A DNA stretch of 64,000 bases from Amoebidium appalachense (GCA_963693365.1 CAVNZM010000002.1:16835615-16899614), one strand, 5' to 3'. Counted from the first letter of the stretch, positions 1-37,923 are shown. Program-made: numbers and translations. The notes: generated by a model from the sequence alone, not told the origin.

Positions 1-191
1 AAACCAAGATCCAACAATATGACTGGCCGGCTGACAGCCAATCAAATGCAGCAATCCTGTCCCTGTGGTGCCTCAGTCCCCGGTTTGGGGTTCAAAATAT
101 CCTTGATGGCGGGGCTCGAAATTTGATCATCACATCGGGCACATTGTCCCCCCTGGAGAGTTTTGCAGCTGAAATGGACGTGTACGTTAAG

Positions 192-260
<69 letters not shown>

Positions 261-364
261 GCGTCTCCCTCCCCGTTTCCCCCGTATTCCTCTATCCTCT
301 AATCTGTTTCCCATATACAAGACGGCCTCTCTCTACCTATTTCCCGGCATCTAAATACATTTGA

Positions 365-398
<34 letters not shown>

Positions 399-909
399 GG
401 GGTGCTTCCTCCCACTGTTATCTCCCATCCACGGTTCACAGTGGTCCCAACTGGACTTTTGCATGTGACAAACTCAACTATGCCTGCCCGTGTATGTGCC
501 GGTCTACTTAGGAACAACACACACACAACAGGAGACAAGCACGAACATGCAGGAACGTACGGAGTGTCTTGCGCTTACGTTGTACCATCACTCCTACACC
601 AGAGACTCGAAGTGCCCCTCCCTTGAACCTACCCCCCTCCCCCCTCCCCCCTCCTCCGGCGATCTCCCCTTTCCTTCCAATGACATTCATACATCTGCAT
701 TGATTCTTCCATCTTCGCTCGTTCGTCTCCTCCTCCCTGGAACCCCCCCCCCCCCCCCCCCCCCCCCCCTTCCCCCCCTCCCTCTCCCCCCCTTCAAAAA
801 TGAACAAGAATCAGCGCAGGCACCAAACTTCAATTCTCCCCAAGCCCTTTTTGTCGCCACATGCATAATATGTCTTAAATCCTCCCACTAATCCCCCCCG
901 TACCCCCAG

Positions 910-12214
<11,305 letters not shown>

Positions 12215-12515
12215 CGGATTATCTTCCTGCCTGCCTCTTTAAATATGTATCATATCCACAACTGCCCTGGCCTTATATTAGTTAGATCACGAAGGTCTTC
12301 TTGTGAGCATAGCAAATTTCAATATAAATGGCCGGCCCTTTGTAATGTATCAACAATTGGTAGCTGGTATTAATTATTATCACATTAGTAGGATGCTGTG
12401 TTTTGTTCAACCCTAATAAATACTGGGAGTGGATTTGGCATAATGCGTATGTGCATGTGTTCGTGCCTGTAATGTTTCGCGCATGCATGATTTTTGGGTG
12501 TTTTTTTTTTTTTTT

Positions 12516-12566
<51 letters not shown>

Positions 12567-13360
12567 TCGCTCGAGACGCAGAAACCTTTTACGAAAGAAG
12601 ATTTTGTGTGTAAGCAAATAATATGTGTACACGTGATTTGAACAGGCCTACAGAGCCTTGCATTTTTTAATGAACGTATGTATGATAATTTATCGGCTTA
12701 CTCCCATTGCTGAAACGGGTTTGCTACGGAGCAGACAACATGATGTGTTGTATAATAGTTGTGTAAAATATTGCGCTGTGCGTGAGGTTTAAATTTAAAT
12801 GATAATTAAAGTGCTACCGGCCATCTGTCTGTGTCAAAGCGACCAGCACAAGAAATCATAATGTAAACACAGGTGTACATACCGTGCGCACGATGTATAT
12901 GCATGTTCACAGTGTCACATGCATGCACATGCACCCATCAATGATACACCCATGTGTGCCTTAAAGTTATGCCGTGCTATGCCAGGCCCACCGCCCACTC
13001 GTGTGCCTGTGTGATTGCCTCATTTGTATGTGCACGTAGCACCTGTATACTTTCAGCAACTGAACCTGGGTCCATATTCGACCAGCAGATGTGAACGAGC
13101 AACGTACTGCGACCTCGATCAGCGCTCGTGCAGACGGCCTTGATCACTCGGATATATCGGATATATACATAAAGACTAATGGTGACGTCACGCAGGGTGG
13201 ACGCACCGTAGACAAGGCCCTGAAGAGTGATCATGATAAAGTGCCATTATGATATGCATTTTATTTCACTCTCTAGTTCTCACTCGATGCTTCAATCATG
13301 TCTGTACACAAGGAATATGCCAGGCAAACCTCAGCCAGCTGAAGTCATTTAGTTTAACAG

Positions 13361-13441
<81 letters not shown>

Positions 13442-13969
13442 GGGGGAAAACAAAGACACTTGAGTAATCCAAACTAAAACATCTCGTTCTAGAAGGCACA
13501 CTATGTGCAAACTGGGTTAAACACCATGTCGTGTTACACAGAGAATATTAGTGCCTGTGCTAGTCAACAATAAACAACTAACCTTACCATAACCTAAGTC
13601 ACACTGAGTCGCTTAAAGTTTTGAAAACATATGTAATGAAACAGTGAAAGACACTTGTATTGAAACCGAGTTTGATATTTGGCTCAAACCTCAGCGTTCG
13701 AGAGAAACACAGAAACCACAATTACTACGACTATGTTCAAACTTATAAAACTAAGTACGATCTCTCCCCCCCCCCCCCCCCCCCCCCCCCTCCCCCTCCC
13801 AAAAACACGCACGCACACGCGTGTGCATGCACACATACACACAAAAAAGAACAAAACCCCACCAGCCAGGAGGATAAGACAAGTAAACATCAAAAAAACA
13901 CTCCAACCTTAGCATGAATACACAGCTACATCTAAATGGGCATAAATCTCATACGTCACACGTCGGTGC

Positions 13970-25445
<11,476 letters not shown>

Positions 25446-25763
25446 TTTGTGGTCTAATCTGCCCTTGGCGGGCACACAGGCACGTAACGAAACCCTTTCA
25501 GACCAAGAAGCCCTAATGCGCTGATAACAAGAGGGCTATGATAACTCCGGGCCCTTGTAAGGCCGCTCCTAGGTATCCAGTGTGAATAGCTAGTAGGGGG
25601 ATAAATGACGTGATCTTGTCTCAAGGAAAGAGAGGAAAGCCTGGGAGAAAGGGAGAGAGAAAATAAACTCTTTAAAAAAAAAAAAAAAAAAAAAAACATG
25701 ATCATGAAGTCCGCGGATCCGGCTGCACCCCAAATAAATTAGTCTATATATGCGCTACCTTTC

Positions 25764-25773
25764 GTGACGTCAC
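25764..25773. promoter_or_regulatory. CRE/ATF palindrome upstream of TRAPPC8
   Basis: GTGACGTCAC about 320 bp upstream of the TRAPPC8 ATG; function not shown. Confidence 0.35.
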
Positions 25774-26035
25774 TCATCCCCCAAGGCCTCCTGTCAGAGT
25801 AGGAGGCCTTGGGATCCCCACGACTAAGGCTTCAAAGGCTCTCTCTACATTCGCATTCCCCCCTTCTCCCAACCTTTTCTCTCTCTGTCCCTCTCCTCTC
25901 TCCCCAGCTCTTTCTTTATGCCACCCTCCCTCCCTCTCTTTCGCTCTCTATCTGTCATTTCTCCCTCGCTCTACTTCTCTCTCTATCGCCCTCTCCCCGG
26001 CCCTCCCTCCCTCCCTCCCTCCCTCCCTCCCCCCC

Positions 26036-26375
<340 letters not shown>

Positions 26376-27890
26376 ATCCACTCTCTCACACTCACTTCGA
26401 GGCAGTTCTTCTTATGCATCCCAATAAATACCTTTTGTCGTAAAGAAAGGCTCTTTCTTTCATCGAAATGCTTCTTCTTTCATCCTGTTGTCAAAGCCCT
26501 CAAGGAGAAGTTGCCACGGATTTTTGTGTACCCGAGTGAATGGCCTCCTTGACTACAACGAGGCCATTCACTCGGGCACGGAAAAAGTCCGTTAGCTGGG
26601 TCTTTTTGCCAACATATAACCGTGTGTTCCCTGGCTTCTCAATTTCTTGCCTTCTCAGCTTCGTTCTTTTTCTGGTATAACCCCGGCGGCTCCTTAATCG
26701 GCTCGAGTAAATCGCCACTTGTTGTCAAGTCAATAACTCAGTCCCTGACCCTCCTTTGTTTCGATCATAGCTATGCGGCTTTCCAGTAAAGCCCAAGCTG
26801 GAAAAACAAAGGCAGAGAGTGTCCATCAAAACGGTGTGCGCATGTATGCGCTGGTTCTGAGATACCATGCATACTCGAGCCATTCTACGAAGGCTAAATC
26901 AGATAACACACTCATGACTGCTCGCACAAGTTTAGGAAACGTTTCAAACCTACTATTCGATGCATGGGAATGGCCAAACATATGGTTAGTGCCATGCACA
27001 TCAAACGTCGCATACGCGCAAGCACACTGCAGTGTGGCACATATCATGCTAGCTATTGTCATTCAATCACACATGTACATGGCCGCGGACACAATAACGT
27101 GATGAACGCAAGCACGCGCATCATCGCGGCATCCTATCGAATTCGACGACGCACACGCCCACACCCACGAACAGTTATGCCAGCAGGGAGCCGTGCCCAA
27201 ACTTTTTGTGCACGAAACGGACCGTGACGTCGCCATCATCACCCGGCAAACCCGTCGCTACTGATGCCAGCAACGATTCGCTAAGACGGCACCACTCATG
27301 ACATCATTGTGATATCATCAATCTGAGCTCAAAGCTAATATTCATACTTTGGCACGTAAATGCCACTATATTCCAGCTACTTATAACACTTCATTATTAT
27401 TCTTGTAGTATATTTTGTAATTGATTGTCAGCTATGGTATTTAGCTCCGAGCTGTTGTGAACCTCAAATGTCAGGACAAGTTTTAGATGATCTATCAAGT
27501 TAGATCCGATTGGCTTAAAGCCATGCTACTGATTTTACTGCTTTTTGGTCTGGAATGCGTACATTTATCGTTCTTCGCGCATGATGACAACCAAGGTGCG
27601 CTATCCTCGGTTTGGGTCGAACACTTCGGGGGGTTGAAAACATGAACTTTCATCAACGACTTTAAAGAATACTGAGAAGATGGAAAAGTAAAGTAAAAGA
27701 AGCAGAAGAATGTTTATAGCTATTTATTAGAGTTTTGAATGAAGGGAATAGTCTTTTCATCATTAATAGAGTTAGTTTTATGACACCGGTGGTAGGGAAG
27801 CAGGTGCTGTAGCGTTAGGGCTGAAGTCGAAAAGAGGCTTACATACTACTTCTAAGCTGTTGCCCAGCTCTCGAAACGGATTGGTTAATA

Positions 27891-28021
27891 GGAAAGAATC
27901 TATTTTGCATCAGCGTCTGTCTTGGCGTTTGCGTTATAGCGTTGGTAAAGACCAGAAAATCGGAAAGAATCTACGTTGCATCAGCGTCTGTCTTGGCGTT
28001 TGCGTTATAGCGTTGGTAAAG
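27891..28021 (+). repeat. ~60-bp direct duplication upstream of the RBR ligase gene
   Basis: GGAAAGAATCTA..TTGCATCAGCGTCTGTCTTGGCGTTTGCGTTATAGCGTTGGTAAAG at 27891-27950 and 27962-28021. Confidence 0.9.
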
Positions 28022-28410
28022 GCGTAGCACATTTGTTCGTGGGAGGTCGTGCTTTTACAGACACACACACTTCACCAGTCGGTATGATAGACCCTTGCGG
28101 CACGACGAAGCAAAACGGCCGAAACAACAAAGGAAAAGGCAAACGTGCTTCTCGTTGCTAGCAAACAATTGCAGGCCTGCGCTTGTTCACTTGCCCAACC
28201 TCTCCAGCTAGGTGGGTGGTGTTCACTAGGTTTTTGGAACAGCGAGGTCTTGTTTACTTTCCAAAGCTAGCTGTTGGTCGTCAAGTGCAGCTCGCCGAGG
28301 CCAAACCCTTGAGGCTGCTGCATCCTGTGCACGCAAACTCTGACAGAAAATTGAACGATACCACTCGAAATTCTTAATTCAAATACAGGCGGAGAACAGT
28401 GTTTGGAAAA

Positions 28411-30975
28411 ATGAAGCCACTAACAGACGATTTCTATCAACCTTCCCCGTCGGGAGTTGAGCCTTGCAACGGTGCCTTTATCAGCTCCTTGGTTCCCAAT
28501 AATCCAGAAGCTTTGAAGTTGAAAAACGCATCGTCATCTACAGCCACCGCTAGCCTTGGTGCTTGGGCATCCGAACATGACACCCCCTCATTGGATGGGG
28601 CCGAGTGCCCTGTTTGTCTGAGTGCTGTGGCGGGCGTTTCTCTTCCATGTGGCCATTCATTCTGTTCCTCTTGTGTTTCTTCCTACGTGATGCATGAAAT
28701 ATCCGAGGGTCGGACGGCGCTAGCGTGTATGGAATGTGAGGAGCAACTTCCTATGCAGGTATGTGTGTGAAACTACATGGCCGTCCTAGAGTAAGCTTTA
28801 GGCTCCTAGACCATTTTTGGTGTACTTTGTTGATCTTGCCTCTCTGGTGTGTGAGTTTTCTGCTATCCACTATAAAACAAGGAAAGCTTACTGGTTGTGA
28901 GCCTTGCGCTTTCTTGTCCGGTCACTGTTATGCATCAGCTATCCATGAGCTTTCTCAGATGCCAAGGCACGCTATAGGGTGTTCAAAAGCCTAAAGGGAA
29001 TGTGTGAAAGCGTGATTATGTGAGCTTTGTTGAAGCTCCTCACATCAACATACTGTCTGTTACTACACGGAAAACATTACACCTGCTTCGCTGCCTGAGA
29101 AAAAAAAAAAGGTGATGGCCATGGGCATATTGGTGCACAATGCTTGGCTGTACAAACGCCACACACACGTGGTTGTGTGCATATACAGCTGCAGGCAACA
29201 CTGTGTGCTTGTTTTCAGCCACTTGGGCCTACGAACGATTTATTTCTAAAATCAAAATTTTGCTTACCTCTGACCCCTCCCTCCTCTATAGCTTGTCGTA
29301 TCCCTTCTGGACAAGGAGAAACACCTTGTCGACCGATTAGAATACTTCAGTGTGCGCAGCGCGCTCCTACAAGACCCGGATTGTCGCTTCTGCCCATACC
29401 CAGACTGCGGCTATGCGGTTATTGCTGGTCCCACCTGCAGAGAGATCAAGTGTGAGAGGGGGTGTGGGTCTTTCTGCTATGACTGCCGGGGGCCTGCACA
29501 CGGCGGTGACTGCAAGGAGATGGTCAAGAAACTTTCAGACATGTAAGACCCTCTGTGATACCTCCCTTTGTCTGCTTTTCGCATGATAGCCTTCGGTTTG
29601 TGCCCTCAGTGTCTTCTGTGTACCCACCCCCCTACCCCCCCCCCCCCCCCCCCCTTCCCTTCCATTCTCCCCTCTGCATGCCCCGTTTTACAACCTTGAC
29701 CCACTTCTCTGTGATCTCCATATTCCCTGCTCTTCGCTATCCTTTCTTCGCCCCTCCGGTGTGTGCACACACCTCCACCAGGGGGCAGGGGGGGAGCGGG
29801 GAAGGGGGATGAAAGTCTTACTTTTGCTTTTCGCACCTTTCACCCGTGTATGGCTAGGACGGCAGGCAATGTTCATGCTCGTAAGTGTTTGTGAGTGAAG
29901 ACAACCCCTGCCACATCTGCTAAAAACTGTTGCCCCTTCCCCCCCCCCCCCCCCCCCCCTGTGTGGAGTATGGCCTAAATTAATACCCCAAATCCCGGCA
30001 GGCTGGACACGTATGGGTACAAGCGGTGCCCGCGCTGCAACGTGATGGTGACCAAGACGGGGGGCTGCAATGCCATCATGTGCACGTGCGGCTGTGAGTT
30101 CTGCTGGGTCTGTGGCCAGCCATGCAGCGAGGTCACCCACTTCCTCCCCCACAAGCCCTGCAGGCAGTTCAGCGCAAAACCCCCCCTGTCGGCCGCAGAC
30201 AGATGGCTCAGGTATGTGTATGAATCGAAAGGGGATGGCAGGCCGGGCAAAAGACATTGGTGTCGGAGAGGGGGGGGGGGGGGGGGGGTTGTTATTTTTA
30301 ATTTGTTTGTTTGTTTTTTCGTTAGTATGTTTTTTTTTTTTTTTTTTTTTTTTTTGGGGGGGGGGGGGGGGGGGTAAGGGGTGTGTTTTGCTTTTTTGCA
30401 CGATCCCCATCTACCAATCATTACTTGCCATTCATTCCCGCTCACCCACATGTGAAACCCAACCATAGTCCAGTTCTTTTCCAACAAGGCGTGTGAACCA
30501 ATCATAACCCGCTTTTTATCCCCACAGGTACGGCCTGACAGTAGCAGCAGCGCCCATCCTCATTCCCGCCGCCACCATAAGCGGTGCAGCAATGACCATC
30601 TATCTGTTAAACGGCGCAATGAGAGAAAAGGTAAAACGTGTACCGGCGCACGAAAAGAGAAAAAAGATAGCACTAACAACTATGTATACGGCGTCTGCAG
30701 TCGTGTGGGCGCCTCTTGCTGGTGTTGTGGGTGCGACAGTTACCGTGGTGGGTGCCACTACGTATTACCTGGGGTTCCCGGTGTTGCTGGCAAAAGATAA
30801 CATACAGGAGAGTATGAAGAAGAAAAAGAGAGTGGGTGTGCAACCACCACCTGTGACAGGTGTAGAGGCGAATTTGGAGGCTGTGGAGATGAATGCAAAG
30901 GCGGGGAGGAGGGACCGGGTGAAAGGGAAGAGACCTTCGAATAATATTAGCAAGCTCGAGAATGTGTCTGTATAG
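28411..30975 (+). CDS. RNF19: RBR (RING-IBR-RING) E3 ubiquitin ligase with C-terminal hydrophobic segments, RNF19/dorfin-like
   Basis: Exons 28411-28758 (RING1 CPVC..CGHSFCSSC..CMEC), 29292-29542 (IBR DPDCRFCPYPDCGYAVIA, the RNF19-type signature), 30002-30211 (RING2 CPRC..GGCNAIMC.CGCEFCWVC) and 30528-30975 (two hydrophobic stretches). All introns are GT-AG and the exons join in frame. Confidence 0.85.
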
Positions 30976-32549
30976 CTCATATGCATGGTTTGTATTGTTC
31001 TGGACATATACTGTATGTAGTGGTGAAACACGGATGTTCGTAGGTAGTTTGTACTCCATGTATGGTTGTTTATGGTATTGATATTGGTGTTTTTTACTGC
31101 TGCTTTGGATGTTGCAGAGCTATTGTTATATCGTGTTGCGTCTTCTTAATCAATCATATTATGCCCCTCCTGGTTACAGTCAGAAACGAACGATAATGTT
31201 TAAAGAACTGTTAAATATGAGGTTTGGAAAACTATTCGAACTTTTTCGAGTGACTATTAGAGCCATTAGCTAGAGTCAGAGCTCAATTTATGTAACGATC
31301 GTGAGAATAGAGAGTACTAAAAACATAATACAACACGAAGTTTGCATGCATATGCTATTCACACGATGTGAAACAACACAGCCACAAATTAGGTCTGAAT
31401 GTCAACAGCAGAGCAATTGGCCAAGTGGAGCCCCTAAGTGAAGAGCACTCGGGCCCTAAAATGCCAATTAATGCGGACCTTCCGCGTGATATCTCCTAGA
31501 TGGGGCCCCTTACGCACTATTTATTGCTACGGACACTGTCTGGGCTCCAGCCTCGTACATGACGGCCAACTGCGTTTTCCAGCGCAGCCAATCATATGCA
31601 GCTGGTGACGTATGTACATGGTAAGCAACACTTAGTGCCATCATACACATCACAACTGACGACTAATACAGATGATTATGGATATTCCTAGATAGTGCGG
31701 GTGACGTACCGGTCGAGGCGGCCCCATGTGCAGCATGGTTCTGCACCTTTGTCAACTGTGAAAGTAAATATGCAAATGTTTTGTCCTGTATATCAGCAAC
31801 TGCAATCTGACTGATTAGCCATATATGGAAATTTTGGCGGGAAGTTTAATTTTTGACACGCAATTTTTTATATATATTTTTTTTAGAAATGAATAAACAA
31901 TAAGCTATAGGCCAAAAAAAAAGTTTTTATAAAACAATAGAAAAGGTAGGGATATGGAATGTGTTTGTAAGAGGTGTATAGTACGTGAATTGGTGTTCAG
32001 TATCAGATGGGTGGGGGCATGCGTGTACAGTTACTTTTGTTGTTGGCCGGGGCCTGTCTTGTAGAGCTCGGAGGTGGTCATTGCAAGTCAGACCATCTAA
32101 TATTACTGTAGCCTGCCACGTGAGACTGTGGCCTCAGCGCTCGCCGCCATATGACCAAGTATACTCTGGCATTTTTCAAGGGTATGAGTTGGCACGTCAT
32201 CAGTCGCTTCGAAACGAGAGTTTTGTCAGCCTTGAAAAATAAGAGCTACCTCCAAAGGTAGTAGAATATCAACTATAAGGCGTCACCTCTGAAGGGATGT
32301 GGGCCGGAGCTCCATGCATAACATTACGGAGCCATGCATATGGCACGTACGTACACGTAAACTATTAATGCTTTGAAATTTTGAAGCAGATTTTACCGTC
32401 TGTTCGAAGTGTATACTGCCTAGGGAAGTGGGGAGGACTTTGTAATATCTGAATGGGGCCCGGAGGGGGGCCGCGGGGCCGGAGGCGACCCCAAGAAGGG
32501 CCTGCCAAATTGTCATCTAGCTAGCGCTAGCTGGCCCCCCTCCCTCCCT

Positions 32550-32580
<31 letters not shown>

Positions 32581-32726
32581 ATTCCCCCTGGGCAAATACA
32601 AACACATATACACACACAAACACACATAACATGCTGTACGTGCACACATGCGCACATGCACCAAATAATATAGAACAAAAAGAAAGAAAGAACGGATTGG
32701 CCTTAGGAACAGGGGGAGGGGGGAGG

Positions 32727-32811
<85 letters not shown>

Positions 32812-33476
32812 GAGAGAGAGAGCTGAGAGAGAGAGAAAGGAGATGGGAGGAGGGGGGGAGGGAGAGGCCTGGAGGGGAGAGGGAGGGAGCAAGGAGGCTG
32901 GGCGTATGGAGGGAAACACAGGGTGGTGGGAGTACGTGGGGATAGAGGTAGTCGAACATAAAAGGGGAGCAGGATGGGAAGACGTAAATGTGTCGGTGTG
33001 TGTGTGTGCGCGCGTGTCTGGGGACGGGGGGAGGGGGGAGGGGGGAGGGGGGTGTTGACAGGGGGGGGGGGGGGGGGGGGGGGGGGTTATAGGTGGACCA
33101 ATACGAAAGTGCATACATAATCATTCGACCAAACCACTTCCCTTTTATTCTAAATATAAAAACTGAGCCGCTGCAGGCCAACAAGCTTTTCTACCGTATA
33201 CTATAAGCCACCAGGCAGAAGCTGCAACTGCATAAATTCTCCCTCCTCCATCATCAAAAAGTCTACATAGGGAAAAAGAAGAACTGGGCCGAGGTGTCAG
33301 GGAGGAGGGAGGAAGGGGGGAGGCAGGGGTTAAAGTGATACATATACAATAAAAGGCTGGTAGCAAAAAAAAAGGGGAAATCGAGTTAACAAATTAGTAT
33401 GATACATATACGAAAAGAGGCTGGTAGCAAAAAATAAAATAAAAATAATAAATAAATAAATAAATAAAAAAGGGTG

Positions 33477-33933
33477 TCAGCAGCCATCCTTCCTTTTATA
33501 CTCTCTCAGGAACCTCTCTATGCTCGCATCCTCGTGTCTATCTTTCTGCTCCCTCTCCTCCTTGCTGAAGTGGGTGGGTGCAGGAACAAAGGTTGCTATG
33601 TTTGAATATTCGGGAAGTATTGTGGTGAAGAAGGTTTGTGCCCGCCGAAGGTGAAAGTCTGACGTGACAAGAACGATTTCTGACGGTTGGAGCTGAAATA
33701 AGAGGGGCTGCATGTACTCCATGTCCGTAACTGTGTGTGTGTGTATGTGTGTGTGTGTGTGTGTGTGTGTCTGTGTCTGTGTGTGTGTGTGTGTGTGCGT
33801 GTGTGATGTGTCGCGCAAGTATGCGAGTGGTTGCATGTGTGTGTATGTATGTGTGCGCCTGTGCTGCACCTGTGTATGAGCATGGATGGGATGGTTTGTT
33901 TCGACCTTTGGAGAAGGGGGAAGAGGCCCCCCT

Positions 33934-33969
<36 letters not shown>

Positions 33970-34520
33970 GCCAAAAAGCGCGCACACATACACACACACA
34001 CATGATGTGTGCGGGCACACCCACGCACCTACGTATCCACATACCCTTATACACGTACATGTGCATCCACGCAGTTTGGCGCACACATTCACACTCAAAC
34101 ACACTCCAAAGAGTTCATGCACACACACACACACGCGCGCGCGCCGCAAAGAAACAAACACACACCAGCATAGATGCAAACAAGTTTGGCCATGTGCTTT
34201 ACACGTGCATGTATAAACGAACACACGAACAATTGAGCACACACGCACACACCTGTATTGGAGCTATCAACCCCAACAAGGATATCCTGCTCTGGACAGC
34301 CCATTTCCATCAACTTGGTTCTTGAGTAGGTGTAGTGAGGATGGGGGGTGGTGTTAAAGTGTGGCCCGTGGCCCCCGGTCAGAAGAATTTTACAGGAGTT
34401 TTCTCTCTTTTCGGTTTTTGCTTTGTACACCTCATAAGCTGTTTCAATGCGCTTTGACGTAGATTCAGTCAAAAGCCCGTTTTCATCGTTCGCACCGCCC
34501 AAGCTAATGACCAGTTGCAT
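33477..34520 (-). CDS. YdcF/ElyC/SanA (DUF218) family protein, bacterial-like, one intron
   Basis: Exon 34520-34253 (MQLVISLGG..KRIETAYEVY..ILLTGGHGPHFNTT..SSNT) plus exon 33730-33477 (VTD..IVLVTSDFHLRRA..). These are the DUF218 motifs LGG, LTGG, SxNT and VTSxFHxxRA; about 173 aa. Confidence 0.85.
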
Positions 34521-35493
34521 TTTGCAGAGTCTTTCTTCAGACGTGTTCACACGTTTGGCACACAAGAAAGGGCTTAATGGACATGGGCTCTGACTGATTG
34601 ACAGTGGATGGTGCGCAAGAATGTTAGAATGGAGTACTAGTACGTTGAAACTCTGGTCACTGGTCAGGTACGATCGTCGATATTCGACTCTTGATACAGG
34701 AAAAAAGTGGTGCATCCTTAGCCAATCGGATGAAGACAAAATAGCCTTTTTAAGCTAATAATGGAAGATTACCATTAGGTACATGTCACACGTGCACCGT
34801 GGGTTCGTGATCAGCCTGTGGCCTGCTGTGGCCATGGCTCAGTGTACACCCGAGCATGCCATCGAGGTGTTTGTGTATGTGTCTGTGTGTGCCACGGTGT
34901 ATGTAATGAATAGCACATGTATGCTTTGGGATGCACGTGGTGGTGGTGTGTGAATGTGTGGGTATGCATGTGCGTGTGGAGGCGGGGGATCCGGGGGGGG
35001 CACTGGGGAGAGGGGGGGGGGGAGGGGGAATGATAGAGAGGCTTATGGGGCACATGCATTTGTGTTTGCATGCACTTTAGCCTGCATTCAAGGTGCAAAG
35101 ATATCAGCAACAGCAACAGAACTCCATTAAAGGACATTGCGCCAAGCAGTTACCAGACCGCCTGAAGGTCAACTGGTCTATTTTTAGAGCTATTCCAACA
35201 GACACCATACACAGTATGGGCCCACACACACCCCGTGGTGTGCTGAATTGTGCTTATGAACATCATGTGTGCTGGCTGCATGTTTTCTTTCGGATTACCA
35301 TCGTACGATTGCGCCACGAGGGAGTGTTACCTTTTACTGTCTTTTCTAGTGTGTTTATTCAACAACGCTTATTCAAGTGTATTTCTGTGTAAAACGATTG
35401 GCTAATCCCTTGCATGTACATGTATGCACGCACACGCATGCTGTGTACGCATGGGAGTTGATTCTGCACAACAGGTGTTGTGTGTGGGTGTTT

Positions 35494-35537
<44 letters not shown>

Positions 35538-35791
35538 TCATGGTACTGATATATCTCCCAGGTAAATGGGTGCTGTGTTCAAACGTAAAGCAACCAACCC
35601 AGATCAAATCCCTGATTCAAACCTGTCATACAAATTAGGTTCAGTTGCGACCAACAATCATCTAAAAGTAACGCTCATGCATTGAAGACCCAAGGGGGGG
35701 AGGAGGAGGAGGAGGAGGAGGAGGAGGAGGGGGGGGGGGGGGGGGGGAGGGGGGGGGGGGGGGGGCTCTGAACCTAAGAATAATGGATCTC

Positions 35792-36297
35792 CTACTTGAC
35801 CTTCTTTGCATCCCCATCCCCAACTTTCTCTGCTGCCCCCTCCTTTTGCTTTTTCGCATTCTTTTCCTGAATTTTCACCACTTCCTCGATGGAAATTCCG
35901 GCAAAAACGGTGGCCACAGCGAAATACTGCTGCACGTTCAACGGGTGGTTGTAGAAGATGCACGAGAGGAAAATGGTGAACAATTTTCTCGTTACTGTCA
36001 CGGATACAAGAACGAGGGAACCGAAGTGTTCGAGGGTGAGGTAGACGAACACTTGGCCCACGGCACCGCACACGCAGAAGAGAAGAATGTCCTGGAATAT
36101 TCCAGGGTGCCTGCGTGGACATGGATAAGACTTAGAGAGTTGAAGGTATTGTCAAACGTGTGCCTCAGTGGTGTAAAATAGTGCACAGCAAAATTTCATG
36201 AAACCATTCAAGGATGAAAGACCACGAACGTAAGGATGACACTTTGTTAATGGTAAATAATTCGTGTGCCTTTCCCCCCCCCCCTTTTTGGTGGTTT

Positions 36298-36371
<74 letters not shown>

Positions 36372-36491
36372 CTAAAGGTGCAAAGTATTTGTATTGAGGT
36401 GGTGGGGGTATGCTCCATGCAACCAAATCTAGCTCCCTACCCCGTTACGTGTGTCTCAACCTCATCAAAGAGCCCAGTCCCTCCCTCTTCT

Positions 36492-36532
<41 letters not shown>

Positions 36533-36662
36533 CCGCGGATGCCCCAAACGTACACCACTACAGACAAACCTCATCTGGTAGATGAAAAAAACCAAATTCG
36601 CTGATATGCCCGAGTTACACCGTTTCATGTGTGCATGTGTGGGTGTGTGTGTGCGCACATGT

Positions 36663-36693
<31 letters not shown>

Positions 36694-36753
36694 GGGGGAG
36701 GAGGAGGAGGGAGAAACACACACTCTCACTCTGACTCTCTCTCCTTCTATCCT

Positions 36754-36815
<62 letters not shown>

Positions 36816-36986
36816 TGTGTGTGTTTGTGTGTGTGTTTGTGTGTGTGTTCGCGTGTGTTTGTGTGCGTGTGTGTGTGGGCGCGCACGTGTTACGGGTGGG
36901 CAGGCGGGGTGCACCCCCACGCTCGCCCCCAGTGCCATGCCATCCACCGCAGCACACCAACCTCCCTCCCCTCCCCCTGCCCGCCC

Positions 36987-37022
<36 letters not shown>

Positions 37023-37891
37023 ACACACACACAAACATACTCACTACCCCTCTCTCTCTTTCCAGTTCAACACCTCACCACCATACACCCACACACAGAC
37101 CATACGGGATTTACAAAATAACCGAGATAGATGATGGATATACCTGGCCAGGAATGCAGTTGCGTCAGCCAGCTCCGAGGTCAGGGGGGACATGAGGTAT
37201 GCAACCATCAACAGGGTGCCCATCAGATTGAGGTTGAACATCATGTGGAAAGGGCTGGGGGGACGGTGTGTGTGTGTTAGTATTTAAATCGCATGAGTTT
37301 GGGTGTGGGTGTGTGATTGTGGTGGTAATGCTCAGAGTGTGTGTGTTGATTCATGGGTATTTGCAAGGCATGCATTTTTGTGTGTGGGTGTGTGCTTGTG
37401 TTGGTAACAATTGGTGTAGGCTCAGCTGTAGAGGAGAAACAACCCACCCACCCACACAAAACAGAAACACAACATCCCCCCCTCCCCCCGCCCCGCCCCC
37501 TCCTCCCCGCACCCCCTTTTGCAAGCGCCCAGCAGCCCCGTCCTTTCCCAAGGCAAACCATCATTCCCACCCCCCAGCCCCCACCTCTCACTCTTATCCA
37601 CTACACCCTCCCTACCACTTAAACCTACTCTTTTCTCCACTATCCACTGGCCCACACACCAAATCCCCCCCCCCCTTCCCCAACTCTTCGTCTGTCCTAT
37701 TTATAACCTGCATTGTGTTGTCCGTCGTGAACGCATACCTCGTACTCTGTAGCGCATTGGAATCCTACCCCCCTACCCCTCCCCCTTCCCCCAGTCCAAA
37801 AAAAAAAACAAAAAAAAAAAAAAACACCGACTTGTACCACTGACGCCCTGAATCGACTAAACAACCCCCCTCCCTTCCTCTCTTCCCCACC

Positions 37892-37923
<32 letters not shown>

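Noticed and set aside
12977-13234. 85-aa ORF with a CRE palindrome between RTEL1 and TRAPPC8
   Set aside because: No recognisable domain or splice structure, so it cannot be supported as a gene.
32170-32240. CTGATGA...GAAA on the minus strand within a 10-bp inverted repeat
   Set aside because: No stem II or stem III pairing consistent with a hammerhead.
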